Below, piece by piece: positions 47,919 to 56,638 of a stretch of 64,000 bases of DNA. Source of the stretch: Acidobacteriota bacterium. Lineage in GTDB: Bacteria > Acidobacteriota > Vicinamibacteria > Vicinamibacterales > 2-12-FULL-66-21. The notes below the pieces were generated by a model. The model saw only the letters and a program-made list of their open reading frames with translations, made no database searches and was not told the origin of the DNA. The position numbers and the translations under genes were made by a program. The number at the start of each line of letters is the position of its first letter. Position 1 is the first letter of the stretch. The stretch lies in the NCBI GenBank assembly GCA_046732715.1, contig JBKPNQ010000138.1:4397-68396 (forward strand), read 5' to 3'.

Positions 47919-49681
47919 CATTTCAGCCTCAACTCTTTCAATTGCTTGTCGCTCACCGTGGACGGCGCCCCGGCCATCAAATCGACGGCCTGGGCCGTCT
48001 TTGGAAACGCAATGACATCGCGGATCGACGGCTCGGCGCACAGGATCGCGGCGATGCGATCCAGGCCAAGGGCGATGCCGCCATGCGGCGGCGTGCCGTA
48101 TTCCAGCGCATCGACGAAGAAGCCGAATCGCAATCGCGCTTCCTCGTCCGAGATGCCAAGCAGCTTGAAGATCAGCCGTTGCAGCTCCTGATCGTGAATT
48201 CTGATGCTGCCGCCGCCGATCTCGCTGCCGTTCAGCACGAGATCGTAGGCCCGCGCGCGGGCGCGGCCCTGATCGCTCTCGAGCAGGTGGCGATCGCTTT
48301 CGAGCGGCGCCGTGAACGGATGATGCATGAACTCGTACCGTTTCTCGTCCTCGAGCCACTCGAACATCGGAAAGTCGACAACCCACAGAAAGGAGAACGT
48401 GTTGGGATCGAGCAGACCTTGCTTTTTGGCAATCGCCAGTCGCAACTGACCGAGCATCCTCGAGGTGGGCTCGTGAGCGCCGGCAGCCATGACGGCCAGA
48501 TCCGCCGGCCCGGCACCGGACAGTTCGATCGCGCGCCGGACCGCCTGCTCACCCGCCGCCTTCAGCACCGGACTCTGAACCCCCGCGTCGGCATGGCGCG
48601 CCCACACCAGCCCGCTGGCGCCCAGCTGCTTCGCTTGCTCGACCACCTCGTCCAGTTCGCGGCGCGAGTACTTTGCCGCGCCAGGGACGGCGAACCCGCG
48701 CACCTCGCCGCCGGCCGCGATGGCGTCGCGGAAGACCGAGAACTCGGATCCCTCGAACGCCGCCGAGAGATTCGCGATCGCCATTCCGCAGCGCAAATCC
48801 GGCTTGTCCGATCCGTACCTGGCAATCGCATCGGCGTACCGGAGCCGCAGGAAGGGCCTTGGCGCGTCGTGTCCAATCAGCGCCATCAGCCGCTCCATCA
48901 GCGGCTCGAGCATCGCGAAGACGAGCTCCTCGGTCGCAAACGAGATCTCGAGGTCGACCTGCGTGAACTCCGGTTGGCGATCGGCGCGCAGGTCTTCGTC
49001 GCGGAAGCACTTGACGATCTGAAAGTAGCGATCGAGGCCGGCGATCATCAGGATCTGCTTGAAGAGCTGCGGCGACTGCGGCAGCGCATAGAACTCGCCC
49101 GGATGCACCCGGCTCGGCACCAGGTAGTCGCGGGCACCTTCGGGTGTGGACTTCGTCAGCATCGGGGTTTCGACTTCGAGAAATCCCTGCTCATCGAAGT
49201 ACTTTCGAATCGCCATCGTCGCCCGGTGGCGCATGATCATGTTGCGCTGCATCCGTGGGCGCCGCAGATCGATGTACCGGTACTTCAGCCTCGCTTCCTC
49301 CGTCACTTCGACGTCGTCACTGATCATGAACGGCGGAGTTTTCGCCTCATTGAGCAGACGAATCTCGCGCGCCGCGACTTCAATCTCGCCGGTCGCGATC
49401 TTGCTGTTCACGGTCTCCGCGGCCCGATGCTCGACGTGTCCATTCACGGCGATTACGAACTCCAGCCGCAGCCGCTTAGCCTCGGCGACGAGCTGCTCGT
49501 GATCACGGACGATGACCTGCGTCATGCCGTGACGATCGCGGATGTCGATGAAGACCAGCGAGCCGAGGTCCCTGACGCGATGCACCCAGCCGAGCAAGAT
49601 CGCGTCCTTGCCAACATCTTCAGCGCGAAGGGCGCCACACGTGTGAGTTCGGGCGAGCGTTCCTAACGGTTCAATTTCCAT
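47918..49681 (-). CDS. aspS: Aspartate--tRNA ligase
   Basis: 587 aa. FIDIRDRHG...FRDEDLRADRQPEFTQ...GGGSIRIH...PPHGGIALGLDR. Confidence 0.95.
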   Translation of the reverse strand: MEIEPLGTLARTHTCGALRAEDVGKDAILLGWVHRVRDLGSLVFIDIRDRHGMTQVIVRDHEQLVAEAKRLRLEFVIAVNGHVEHRAAETVNSKIATGEIEVAAREIRLLNEAKTPPFMISDDVEVTEEARLKYRYIDLRRPRMQRNMIMRHRATMAIRKYFDEQGFLEVETPMLTKSTPEGARDYLVPSRVHPGEFYALPQSPQLFKQILMIAGLDRYFQIVKCFRDEDLRADRQPEFTQVDLEISFATEELVFAMLEPLMERLMALIGHDAPRPFLRLRYADAIARYGSDKPDLRCGMAIANLSAAFEGSEFSVFRDAIAAGGEVRGFAVPGAAKYSRRELDEVVEQAKQLGASGLVWARHADAGVQSPVLKAAGEQAVRRAIELSGAGPADLAVMAAGAHEPTSRMLGQLRLAIAKKQGLLDPNTFSFLWVVDFPMFEWLEDEKRYEFMHHPFTAPLESDRHLLESDQGRARARAYDLVLNGSEIGGGSIRIHDQELQRLIFKLLGISDEEARLRFGFFVDALEYGTPPHGGIALGLDRIAAILCAEPSIRDVIAFPKTAQAVDLMAGAPSTVSDKQLKELRLK

Positions 49682-49777
49682 AATCCGAACACGTCTCTTC
49701 TATCGGGGCTTTCTTGAATGCTGATCAACATCAACGACTTTCACCGTCCCACTGCCAATGCATCGCTCGAGACACAC

Positions 49778-49844
49778 AGGAGAAAGGAGAAAGGAGACAC
49801 TTGGTATTCTGTGAAACGGCAACATTTCTCCTTTCTCCCTTCCT
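49778..49844. repeat. Inverted heptamer arms, (AGGAGAA)3 and (TTCTCCT)3, around a 27-nt core
   Basis: aggagaaaggagaaaggaga - cacttggtattctgtgaaacggcaaca - tttctcctttctcccttcct. Lies in the hisS-aspS intergenic region. Confidence 0.85.
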
Positions 49845-49906
49845 GTTATCTCTTGATCTAATCGCAGCGTGACTCTGGCTGTCGTCGATTGAGGTCTGAC
49901 TCAATT

Positions 49907-51208
49907 TTACGTTGACGTTCTCACCAACGAGGCCACCGCAGCTCGTGGCACGGACTGCTGTTCTCCCGTGTCGAGGTTCTTGATCGTCACTTCTCCGCGC
50001 GCGATTTCGTCGCCGCCCAGAATCGCGGCCAAACAAATGGCCTTGCTGGACGCGTACTTCATCTGCTTGCCGAGCTTGTCCGGCTCGGGGTAGACCTCGA
50101 CCCGAATCCCCGCCGCCCGCAGTTCACGCGCGAGCTTCAGCACCTCGGGGGTCGTCGGCGCATCAAAAACCGTGAGCAGGATGTCCGCCGACGACTGCGC
50201 GACTTTCGGCGGGAACATCTTCCGCTCGGACATGACCACCAGGATGCGCTCGAGGCCCAGCGAAAAGCCGCACGCTGGCACGTTCTCGCCGAGAAACATC
50301 CCGATGAGTCCGTCGTACCGTCCACCGCCACCGAGGCTGCCGGCTAAATCAGGGACCGCGACTTCCATGATGGCGCCGGTGTAATACGACAGGCCCCGCG
50401 CCAGGAACGGCGCGAACTTGACGTGACCTGCAGCGGCGGTTGATTCACACAGGGTCATGATCTCACCCAGGTTCGCCCCAGCAGCCGCCCCTTCCCCGTT
50501 CGGGAAGGATGTGATTACTCCAGAACCAACGTTGTCGAGCAGGGCGGTTGCGACCTCACGAGACACACCTCGCGAAACCATCTCCTCTGCGACACCATCG
50601 ACGCCGATTTTGTCGAGTTTGTCGAGAGCGATCAGCGCGGCCGTGTGCAACGCCGGTTCGACTCCAGCCCGATTCAGCGTCGCCGTCAGCAACTGCCGGT
50701 GGTTCAACTGAATCGTAAAGTCGTTGAATCCGAGCCGCTGGAGCACCTCACTCACTGCCGCCAGCATCTCGGTTTCGACAAGCGGCGATCGCGAACCGAT
50801 TGCATCGACGTCGCACTGATAGAACTCCCGAAAGCGTCCCCGCGCGGGCCGGTCGGCCCGCCACACCGGCTGGATCTGGTAGCGCTTGAAGTATTTCGGC
50901 AGCTTGCCGCGATACTCGGCAACCACGCGCGCGAGCGGGACGGTCAGATCGTACCGAAGCGCGAGATCGGTCTCGCCCGACGACTCGTGCTCACCGCGGC
51001 GGAGCACTTTGAAAATCAGTTTGTTCCCCTCTTCGCCGTACTTGCCAGTGAGCGTCTCGATGTTCTCGAGTGCCGGCGTTTCGAGCGGCTCAAAGCCGTA
51101 GCGCTGATAGACCGCCGATACAATCCCGATCACGTATTCCCGCCGGCGGACGTCCTCCGGCAGGAAATCGCGCATGCCACGAGCCGGCCGGGTCTGCTGC
51201 GACGCCAT
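49907..51208 (-). CDS. hisS: Histidine--tRNA ligase
   Basis: 433 aa. RGMRDFLPED...FRYERPQ-like WRADRPARGRFREFYQCD...GGGRYDGL. Confidence 0.95.
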   Translation of the reverse strand: MASQQTRPARGMRDFLPEDVRRREYVIGIVSAVYQRYGFEPLETPALENIETLTGKYGEEGNKLIFKVLRRGEHESSGETDLALRYDLTVPLARVVAEYRGKLPKYFKRYQIQPVWRADRPARGRFREFYQCDVDAIGSRSPLVETEMLAAVSEVLQRLGFNDFTIQLNHRQLLTATLNRAGVEPALHTAALIALDKLDKIGVDGVAEEMVSRGVSREVATALLDNVGSGVITSFPNGEGAAAGANLGEIMTLCESTAAAGHVKFAPFLARGLSYYTGAIMEVAVPDLAGSLGGGGRYDGLIGMFLGENVPACGFSLGLERILVVMSERKMFPPKVAQSSADILLTVFDAPTTPEVLKLARELRAAGIRVEVYPEPDKLGKQMKYASSKAICLAAILGGDEIARGEVTIKNLDTGEQQSVPRAAVASLVRTST

Positions 51209-51738
51209 CAGCGGGCAGATCCCGCGCCCGCGGCGTCCATGTAGTCGAGCCGGTATTCGACATAGCGCTCAGCGTAGACACGGATCGAGCGAACGTCGTC
51301 GTCGGTCAGCACACGGCGCACTGTGCCGGGACTTCCCATGATCAACGAACGCGGCGGCACGCGCGTGCCTTCGGTCAGCAACGTCCCGGCCGCGACAATC
51401 GAGTCCTCGCCGACGACCACGCCGTTCAGAATGACCGCTCCCATGCCGATGAGAATCCGGTCTCGCAAGGTGCACCCGTGGACGACGGCTCCGTGGCCGA
51501 TCGTCACGTCGTTGCCAATCGTCGTCGGATGGGTGCCGTTCATCACGTGCACCGTCGTGTTGTCCTGCACGTTCGAACGCGCCCCGATCCGAATCCAATG
51601 CACGTCCCCACGCACGACCGCATTCATCCAGATGCTGCTGGCCTCGCCAATCTCGACATCGCCGATGACTTGTGCGGTGGTGTCCACGTAGGCGGTCGGA
51701 TGCACACGTGGAAGTGTGCCTTTGTAGGGGCGGAGCAT
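51208..51738 (-). CDS. Gamma carbonic anhydrase family (hexapeptide repeat) protein
   Basis: 176 aa. IWMNAVVRGDV..IRIGARSNVQDN..VH..IGNDVTIGHGAVVHGC. One-nt overlap with hisS (TGATG). Confidence 0.9.
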   Translation of the reverse strand: MLRPYKGTLPRVHPTAYVDTTAQVIGDVEIGEASSIWMNAVVRGDVHWIRIGARSNVQDNTTVHVMNGTHPTTIGNDVTIGHGAVVHGCTLRDRILIGMGAVILNGVVVGEDSIVAAGTLLTEGTRVPPRSLIMGSPGTVRRVLTDDDVRSIRVYAERYVEYRLDYMDAAGAGSAR

Positions 51739-51754
51739 CTAATAATGATACAGG

Positions 51755-51892
51755 ACTCGCGGTTCGCAATTCGCGGTTCGCGATTCGCGTTACCGGATGC
51801 GTAGTGCCCGATCCAGGGCCCCACTGTTCCCACTCAGTGATCACCAAACAGCGAATTGCGATCTGCGAATTGCGAATTGCGAATTGCGATTA
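51755..51892. repeat. Inverted heptamer arms, (TTCGCNN)5 and (GCGAATT)6, around a core of about 60 nt
   Basis: Left arm: actcgcg gttcgca attcgcg gttcgcg attcgcg. Right arm: gcgaatt gcgatct gcgaatt gcgaatt gcgaatt gcgatta. At least 12 bp pair perfectly. Confidence 0.85.
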
Positions 51893-53530
51893 CTTCTTTA
51901 CCGTCGGATAGGTAATCCCCAACTGTTCCAGATAGGTCTTGTACTTCGTGGGATCGTAGTAGTACTTCTTCATCTCGGCGCGGTACTTGTCCATCGTTCC
52001 TTTGTTCAATTCGATCGCGGGCTTGTCGTCAGGACGGATCAGCGGTTCGTACTTGGTTTCCTTCGTTTGCACGTTCCGGAAGTAATCCCAGGCGGCCTGC
52101 ACAAGCGCCGGCTTTGTGAGCAGATCGATCATCGTCATGGCCTGTACCTTCGCACCGGCGGTCACCCCTTTGTGCGCGATCGGCGTGGCCATGGAGATCG
52201 CGTTGGCCCAGTTGTGGCCGGGCAGCCCCGGGATGTTGGAGGGATACCGCAGCGTGATGGTCGGTACGCTCCAGGAAATATCGCCGATGTCGTCGGAGCC
52301 GCCGCCCGTATTGGTCTGCGCCGGCCACGCCAGCGTGGCGATAGGCTTGGTCGTCAGCCCGGTCTCGCGGGATCCAAGTTCCTTCTGCAGCGCTTTGGCG
52401 AGCGTCTGATCGTCGTCGCTCCATTGCGGCAGGCCAACGCGATTGATGTTGGCGAACGCCGCTTCGGCGACCGCCTTGTTGAAATGCTGCGGCCACGCTG
52501 ATCCCAGCACGCGCGTCGGCAGCAGCTCGGTGCCGGTCATGAGCGCGGCGCCCTTCGCGATCGCGTCGCCGGTCGCCCAGAGATCCTTGATCTTCTGGTA
52601 GGTGGTCTGGCGGAAGTAGTACCAGACCGACGCGGTTTGCGGAACGACGTTCGGCTGATCGCCACCGTTGGTGATGACGTAGTGCGATCGCTGCTCGAGC
52701 GGCAGGTGCTCGCGCCGGAAGTTCCAGCCGATATCCATCAATTCCACGGCGTCGAGCGCGCTGCGCCCCCGCCAGGGAGCACCGGCGGCGTGCGCGCTCT
52801 CTCCCTTGAAGGAATAGAGCACCGAGACGAGACCGGTCATGTTTCCCCGATCGCCCCACGACACGCCCATGTCGTCGCCGACGTGGACGAACATGGCGAC
52901 GTCAACGTCCTTGAACAATCCGGCGCGAATGAAATACGCCTTCGTCCCGACCAGCTCCTCGGCCGTGCCGGACCAGATTCGGATGGTACCCGGGAGCTTT
53001 TCGCGCTGCATGATCTTCTTCACGGCGATGGCGGCGGTGATGTTCAGCGGCTCGCCGGAGTTATGTCCTTCGCCGTGACCCGGAGCGCCCTCGATGATCG
53101 GATCGTGGTACGCGACGCCCGGTTTCTGGGAGGCCTGCGGAATCCCGTCGATGTCGGAGCCCAGCGCGAGCACCGGCTTGCCCGATCCCCAGGTCGCCAT
53201 GAAGGCGGTCGGAATCCCGGCGATGCCTTCCTCTACCGTGAATCCGTTCTTCTCCAGGACGTCGATCAGGTATCGGTTCGTCTCGAACTCTTGAAAGCCA
53301 AGCTCGCCGAAGCTGAAGACCGAGTCGACCATCTGCTGTGAAAACACTTTCATCGAATCGATATCCGCAGCCGCCTCGCTCTTCAGGCGGGCGATCCGGG
53401 GCTCGTCGGCGGGCGGAGTGGGCGGGGTTCCCCGCGGCTGGTCACCGCCTGCCTGGGCCAGAACGGTTGCGGCCGCGACCACGGCCATGCCAATCGCCAT
53501 CAGTCTCGAGCGTGTCTGTCTGTCGGTCAC
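51890..53530 (-). CDS. M20 family amidohydrolase/peptidase (AbgB-like), secreted
   Basis: 546 aa. FGELGFQEFET...ALGSDIDGIPQ...GHGEGHNSG. GTG 53530, or alternatively ATG 53500. Confidence 0.85.
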   Translation of the reverse strand: MTDRQTRSRLMAIGMAVVAAATVLAQAGGDQPRGTPPTPPADEPRIARLKSEAAADIDSMKVFSQQMVDSVFSFGELGFQEFETNRYLIDVLEKNGFTVEEGIAGIPTAFMATWGSGKPVLALGSDIDGIPQASQKPGVAYHDPIIEGAPGHGEGHNSGEPLNITAAIAVKKIMQREKLPGTIRIWSGTAEELVGTKAYFIRAGLFKDVDVAMFVHVGDDMGVSWGDRGNMTGLVSVLYSFKGESAHAAGAPWRGRSALDAVELMDIGWNFRREHLPLEQRSHYVITNGGDQPNVVPQTASVWYYFRQTTYQKIKDLWATGDAIAKGAALMTGTELLPTRVLGSAWPQHFNKAVAEAAFANINRVGLPQWSDDDQTLAKALQKELGSRETGLTTKPIATLAWPAQTNTGGGSDDIGDISWSVPTITLRYPSNIPGLPGHNWANAISMATPIAHKGVTAGAKVQAMTMIDLLTKPALVQAAWDYFRNVQTKETKYEPLIRPDDKPAIELNKGTMDKYRAEMKKYYYDPTKYKTYLEQLGITYPTVKK

Positions 53531-53578
53531 GTTGGCTGCCCTCGCTGTTCAGGTGATGTCGGGGAAGGATAGCAAACG

Positions 53579-54622
53579 ATGTCATACTTAGGCGATTCAA
53601 TGCCTCTTCTCGATCGTTTCGCGCGGCCGCTGCGCAGCCTGCGCATTTCAGTCACCGATCGATGCAACCTGCGCTGCCAGTACTGCATGCCGGAGCCGGA
53701 TTACGTCTGGCTGCCGCGCGAGAACCTGCTGTCGTTCGAGGAGACCGGGGCCATCGTAGACGCGTTCACGCCTCTCGGCGTGGACCGGGTGCGGATTACG
53801 GGCGGCGAACCGCTGCTGCGGCGCGACCTGCCGGTGCTCATCGAGGCGCTCGCCGCGAGGCCGTCCATCGACGACCTCGCCCTCACAACCAATGGCGTGC
53901 TGCTCGCATCCCATGCCTCGGCGTTGAGGATGGCGGGCCTTCATCGAATCACCGTCAGCCTGGACACACTCAATCGTGCACGCTTCGAGGCGCTGACGCG
54001 CATGGACGATCTGCGGCGCGTCCTCGAAGGGATCGAGGCGGCTGCCGCCGCCGGATTCGACCGGCTCAAGCTCGACACGGTCGTCATCCGCGGCGTCAAC
54101 GACGACGAGCTTGTGCCGCTGCTCGAGTACGCGCGAACGGTCGCCGCAGAGCTCCGGTTCATCGAATATATGGATGTCGGCGGCGCCACCCGCTGGACGC
54201 CATCGTCGGTCGTGCCGCGACGCGAGATTCTGTCGCGTCTTGCCGCCCATTATGGCGCAATCCTCCCAGTCGATGAGGTGTCGTCAGCCCCAGCGGATCG
54301 TTTCGCCCTGCCCGACGGCACGACCTTCGGCATCATTTCTTCGACGACCGAGCCCTTCTGCGCCTCGTGCGATCGCAGTCGTCTGACCGCCGATGGTGTG
54401 TGGCTGTTATGCCTCTATGCATCAACCGGCACCGATCTCCGCCGTCCGCTCCGCGCCCGCGCGACACGCGAGGAACTCCAGCGACTGATCCAGGCGGTCT
54501 GGTCGGTGCGCGCCGATCGGGGAGCTGAAGAACGCCTCGGCATGGATCGCGAGACGACGCTCATCCCCGTACGATCGCTCAAGAAGGACGCTCACCTCGA
54601 GATGCATACTCGCGGCGGGTAG
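53579..54622 (+). CDS. moaA: GTP 3',8-cyclase MoaA (radical SAM)
   Basis: LRISVTDRCNLRCQYCMP...ITGGEPLLR. C-terminal Cys cluster CASCDRSRL. AGGA lies 9 nt upstream of the ATG. Confidence 0.9.
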   Translation: MSYLGDSMPLLDRFARPLRSLRISVTDRCNLRCQYCMPEPDYVWLPRENLLSFEETGAIVDAFTPLGVDRVRITGGEPLLRRDLPVLIEALAARPSIDDLALTTNGVLLASHASALRMAGLHRITVSLDTLNRARFEALTRMDDLRRVLEGIEAAAAAGFDRLKLDTVVIRGVNDDELVPLLEYARTVAAELRFIEYMDVGGATRWTPSSVVPRREILSRLAAHYGAILPVDEVSSAPADRFALPDGTTFGIISSTTEPFCASCDRSRLTADGVWLLCLYASTGTDLRRPLRARATREELQRLIQAVWSVRADRGAEERLGMDRETTLIPVRSLKKDAHLEMHTRGG

Positions 54623-54670
54623 GGTCCAAGTCAGCAACCTTCACAGTCGAGCTGCACGCACCGACGGTGA

Positions 54671-54876
54671 CGTCGAAGATCCGAAGAATCGAAGATCCGA
54701 AGGAAGAGAGTCACGCCGCGGCTGCAGAACGCCGGCCCCGAGGGCCGGCGTGCGAGTGAGGCAACGCGCGATGCGCGGTCCAGCAGCCCAAATCCTCTAG
54801 AGGCGGGCCCTTGGGGCGAACAACGAGAGCCATCTCCTTCGGATCTTCGGATCTTCGGATCTTCGGATCTTCGACG
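54671..54876. repeat. Inverted octamer arms of about 38 bp, (GAAGATCC)n and (CTTCGGAT)n, flanking a 125-nt core
   Basis: Left arm: cgtcgaagatccgaagaatcgaagatccgaaggaag. Right arm: ctccttcggatcttcggatcttcggatcttcggatcttcgacg. Confidence 0.9.
54729..54751 (+). terminator. Perfect 10-bp GC hairpin (ACGCCGGCCC-cga-GGGCCGGCGT), no T-run
   Basis: About 105 nt downstream of the moaA stop, inside the core of the octamer element. Terminator function is uncertain. Confidence 0.3.
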
Positions 54877-54917
54877 CTGCCGATGTAGCGTGGCAGTGAA
54901 CCAAGCTTCACTCTTAG

Positions 54918-55499
54918 GTGTCACAAAGCACCCTGTCCCCGCGTTGTATTAGAGTGAGCGCATCAGGGCTGGTGGCGACGTATCCCTCGACCGGATCGGT
55001 CAAAGAAGTCGCTGTCGAGACCGAGGTCCCGACAGTCTCGTCGCTGTTCGATCTGCACGCCAACGGAGTGTATCGGCTGGCGCTTGCGATGTTGCGCGAG
55101 CCGGAGGCGGCGCAGGATGTCGTGCAGGACACCTTCGCGCGGCTCATCGAGCAACTTCGTGCACACGGACCGCTGACCAATCCCCGTGGCTGGCTGTATA
55201 CCGTCGCGGCGCACGCCTGTCGCGACCGGCAACGGCGGCTGCATCGCTGGGTTCCCTGGTTCAACGAACGCGACACCCGTCGCGCATCCGAGACACCGGA
55301 TCGCTTCGATGGCGCGCACGTCGTCCTCGACGCGATTCGACGGCTCCCGTCGCGAGACCGTCTGCTCATCGCGCTTCGCGCGCAGGGATTGTCGTACCGG
55401 GAGATCGGCGACGCCGCCGGCATCCGCGCCACGTCCGTCGGCCAGCTTCTGACGCGCGCGCTCAATCGGTTGCAACAGGAATTGGATCGCCGGGGCTGA
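54918..55499 (+). CDS. ECF (sigma-70 family) RNA polymerase sigma factor
   Basis: AAQDVVQDTFARL (region 2)...LSYREIGDAAGIRATSVGQLLTRA (region 4). The start is uncertain (GTG 54918, 54954 or 54972). Confidence 0.85.
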   Translation: MSQSTLSPRCIRVSASGLVATYPSTGSVKEVAVETEVPTVSSLFDLHANGVYRLALAMLREPEAAQDVVQDTFARLIEQLRAHGPLTNPRGWLYTVAAHACRDRQRRLHRWVPWFNERDTRRASETPDRFDGAHVVLDAIRRLPSRDRLLIALRAQGLSYREIGDAAGIRATSVGQLLTRALNRLQQELDRRG

Positions 55500-56638
55500 T
55501 GTCTCCGGCTGGAGATACTCACATGTCACGCTGTCTGACCGACGAAGAGCTCCAGGCGATTGCGGATCGTGAGGCGCGCCCGGAGATGGCGGCGCACGTT
55601 GAAGAATGCCGTCGGTGTGCCGACCGGCTCGCCGTCCGGACCCGACTGATCGGCCGGGCGATCGACGCGGCCGGCGTGGGCGAAATCTCGCCTGACGCTC
55701 GCCGGACAATTCGCGCGCGGCTCGATCGGGCCGCCGCCGATGGCGCGACCACCCTGCGCCCGGTGCGTCCCGCCGGCAGGTGGAGGTGGGCGCTCCCGCT
55801 GGCCGCGGCGGCGGCGATGCTGCTCGTCGTCTACGTGCTTCCCGGAATCGATCGGCGGACGACGGTGTCGGCCGCCGAGATTCTGGGCCGTTCGCGATCC
55901 GTGCTTGCCGCACCTGTGTCTGGCGTCGAGGTTCTGACCTACGACCTCGAGGTCGCCGGAGTGCTCGCGGATCTCATCCCTGAAGAGCAGGCGGGGCGAT
56001 TCACCGTGCAGGAACTCGTCGACCACGATCACAACGGCCGGTATCGGATCGTCAAGCTGACCAGCGGCGGCCAGGTCGTTGGCGGCGCCGCAGACGATCC
56101 CCTGCGCGGTACACGAGTGCGATACATGCGGGTGAATGGCCGGGGGTATCTGTTGAGATTCCAGGGAGCCGAACCGACCGCGTTCTCGATTCCTGCGTTG
56201 AAGCGCACCGCACTTCAGACGTTCATCGGCTTCATGCAGGCCAGCAGCACGCAGACACTGCGTGAAGTTCAGCGCGGCGCTGACGCCTGCTATCAAATCG
56301 ACATTCCCGGCGGTGCGATGGCAGGCGGCACCTTTGTCGCCCTCGACAGCGCGCGCGCGATCGTGACCATCGCAGATTCGCGGCTCGTCGAGTTTTCGGC
56401 CGCCGGCCGCCTCGCCGATCGACCGTTCACGATTGAATTCTCGCTGTTGACGCAGGACTTTCGTCCCAGCGAGTCGACGAAGGACAGCGATTTCGACATC
56501 GCACCAGAGCCGGGAGACGTGATCCTGCAAGGCAATGCGTCCCAGAATCCCGTCTGGGACGTCGTCACGCGCGCCCTCGGCGCAATCCCGGCGAACGCTG
56601 CCGCCCACTCAGAAGGCGTGTCGCGCCAGGGGCAGTGA
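55499..56638 (+). CDS. Anti-sigma factor (zf-HC2-like) with a large extracytoplasmic domain
   Basis: TGATG overlap with the sigma gene. HVEECRRCADRL motif. TM helix WALPLAAAAAMLLVVYVL. The roughly 260-aa outer domain has no recognised family. Confidence 0.65.
   Translation: MSPAGDTHMSRCLTDEELQAIADREARPEMAAHVEECRRCADRLAVRTRLIGRAIDAAGVGEISPDARRTIRARLDRAAADGATTLRPVRPAGRWRWALPLAAAAAMLLVVYVLPGIDRRTTVSAAEILGRSRSVLAAPVSGVEVLTYDLEVAGVLADLIPEEQAGRFTVQELVDHDHNGRYRIVKLTSGGQVVGGAADDPLRGTRVRYMRVNGRGYLLRFQGAEPTAFSIPALKRTALQTFIGFMQASSTQTLREVQRGADACYQIDIPGGAMAGGTFVALDSARAIVTIADSRLVEFSAAGRLADRPFTIEFSLLTQDFRPSESTKDSDFDIAPEPGDVILQGNASQNPVWDVVTRALGAIPANAAAHSEGVSRQGQ

Noticed and set aside
47942-49666. 574-aa plus-strand ORF
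   Set aside because: It is exactly antisense to aspS, which has unambiguous class II aaRS motifs. The same reasoning applies to other long antisense ORFs such as 32638..33660, 34741..35988, 58546..59811, 55526..56608, 56293..57288 and 60926..61942.
49692-49823. 44-codon frame opening at the ATG that follows the purine arm in the hisS-aspS spacer (minus strand)
   Set aside because: The SD spacing is ambiguous, the frame runs through the opposite repeat arm, and there is no supporting homology. It is mentioned only within the corresponding finding.
54711-54911. 66-aa minus-strand ORF inside the octamer-armed element
   Set aside because: Its sequence (EDPKIRRSEDPK...) is simply the translated octamer repeat, and there is no start context.
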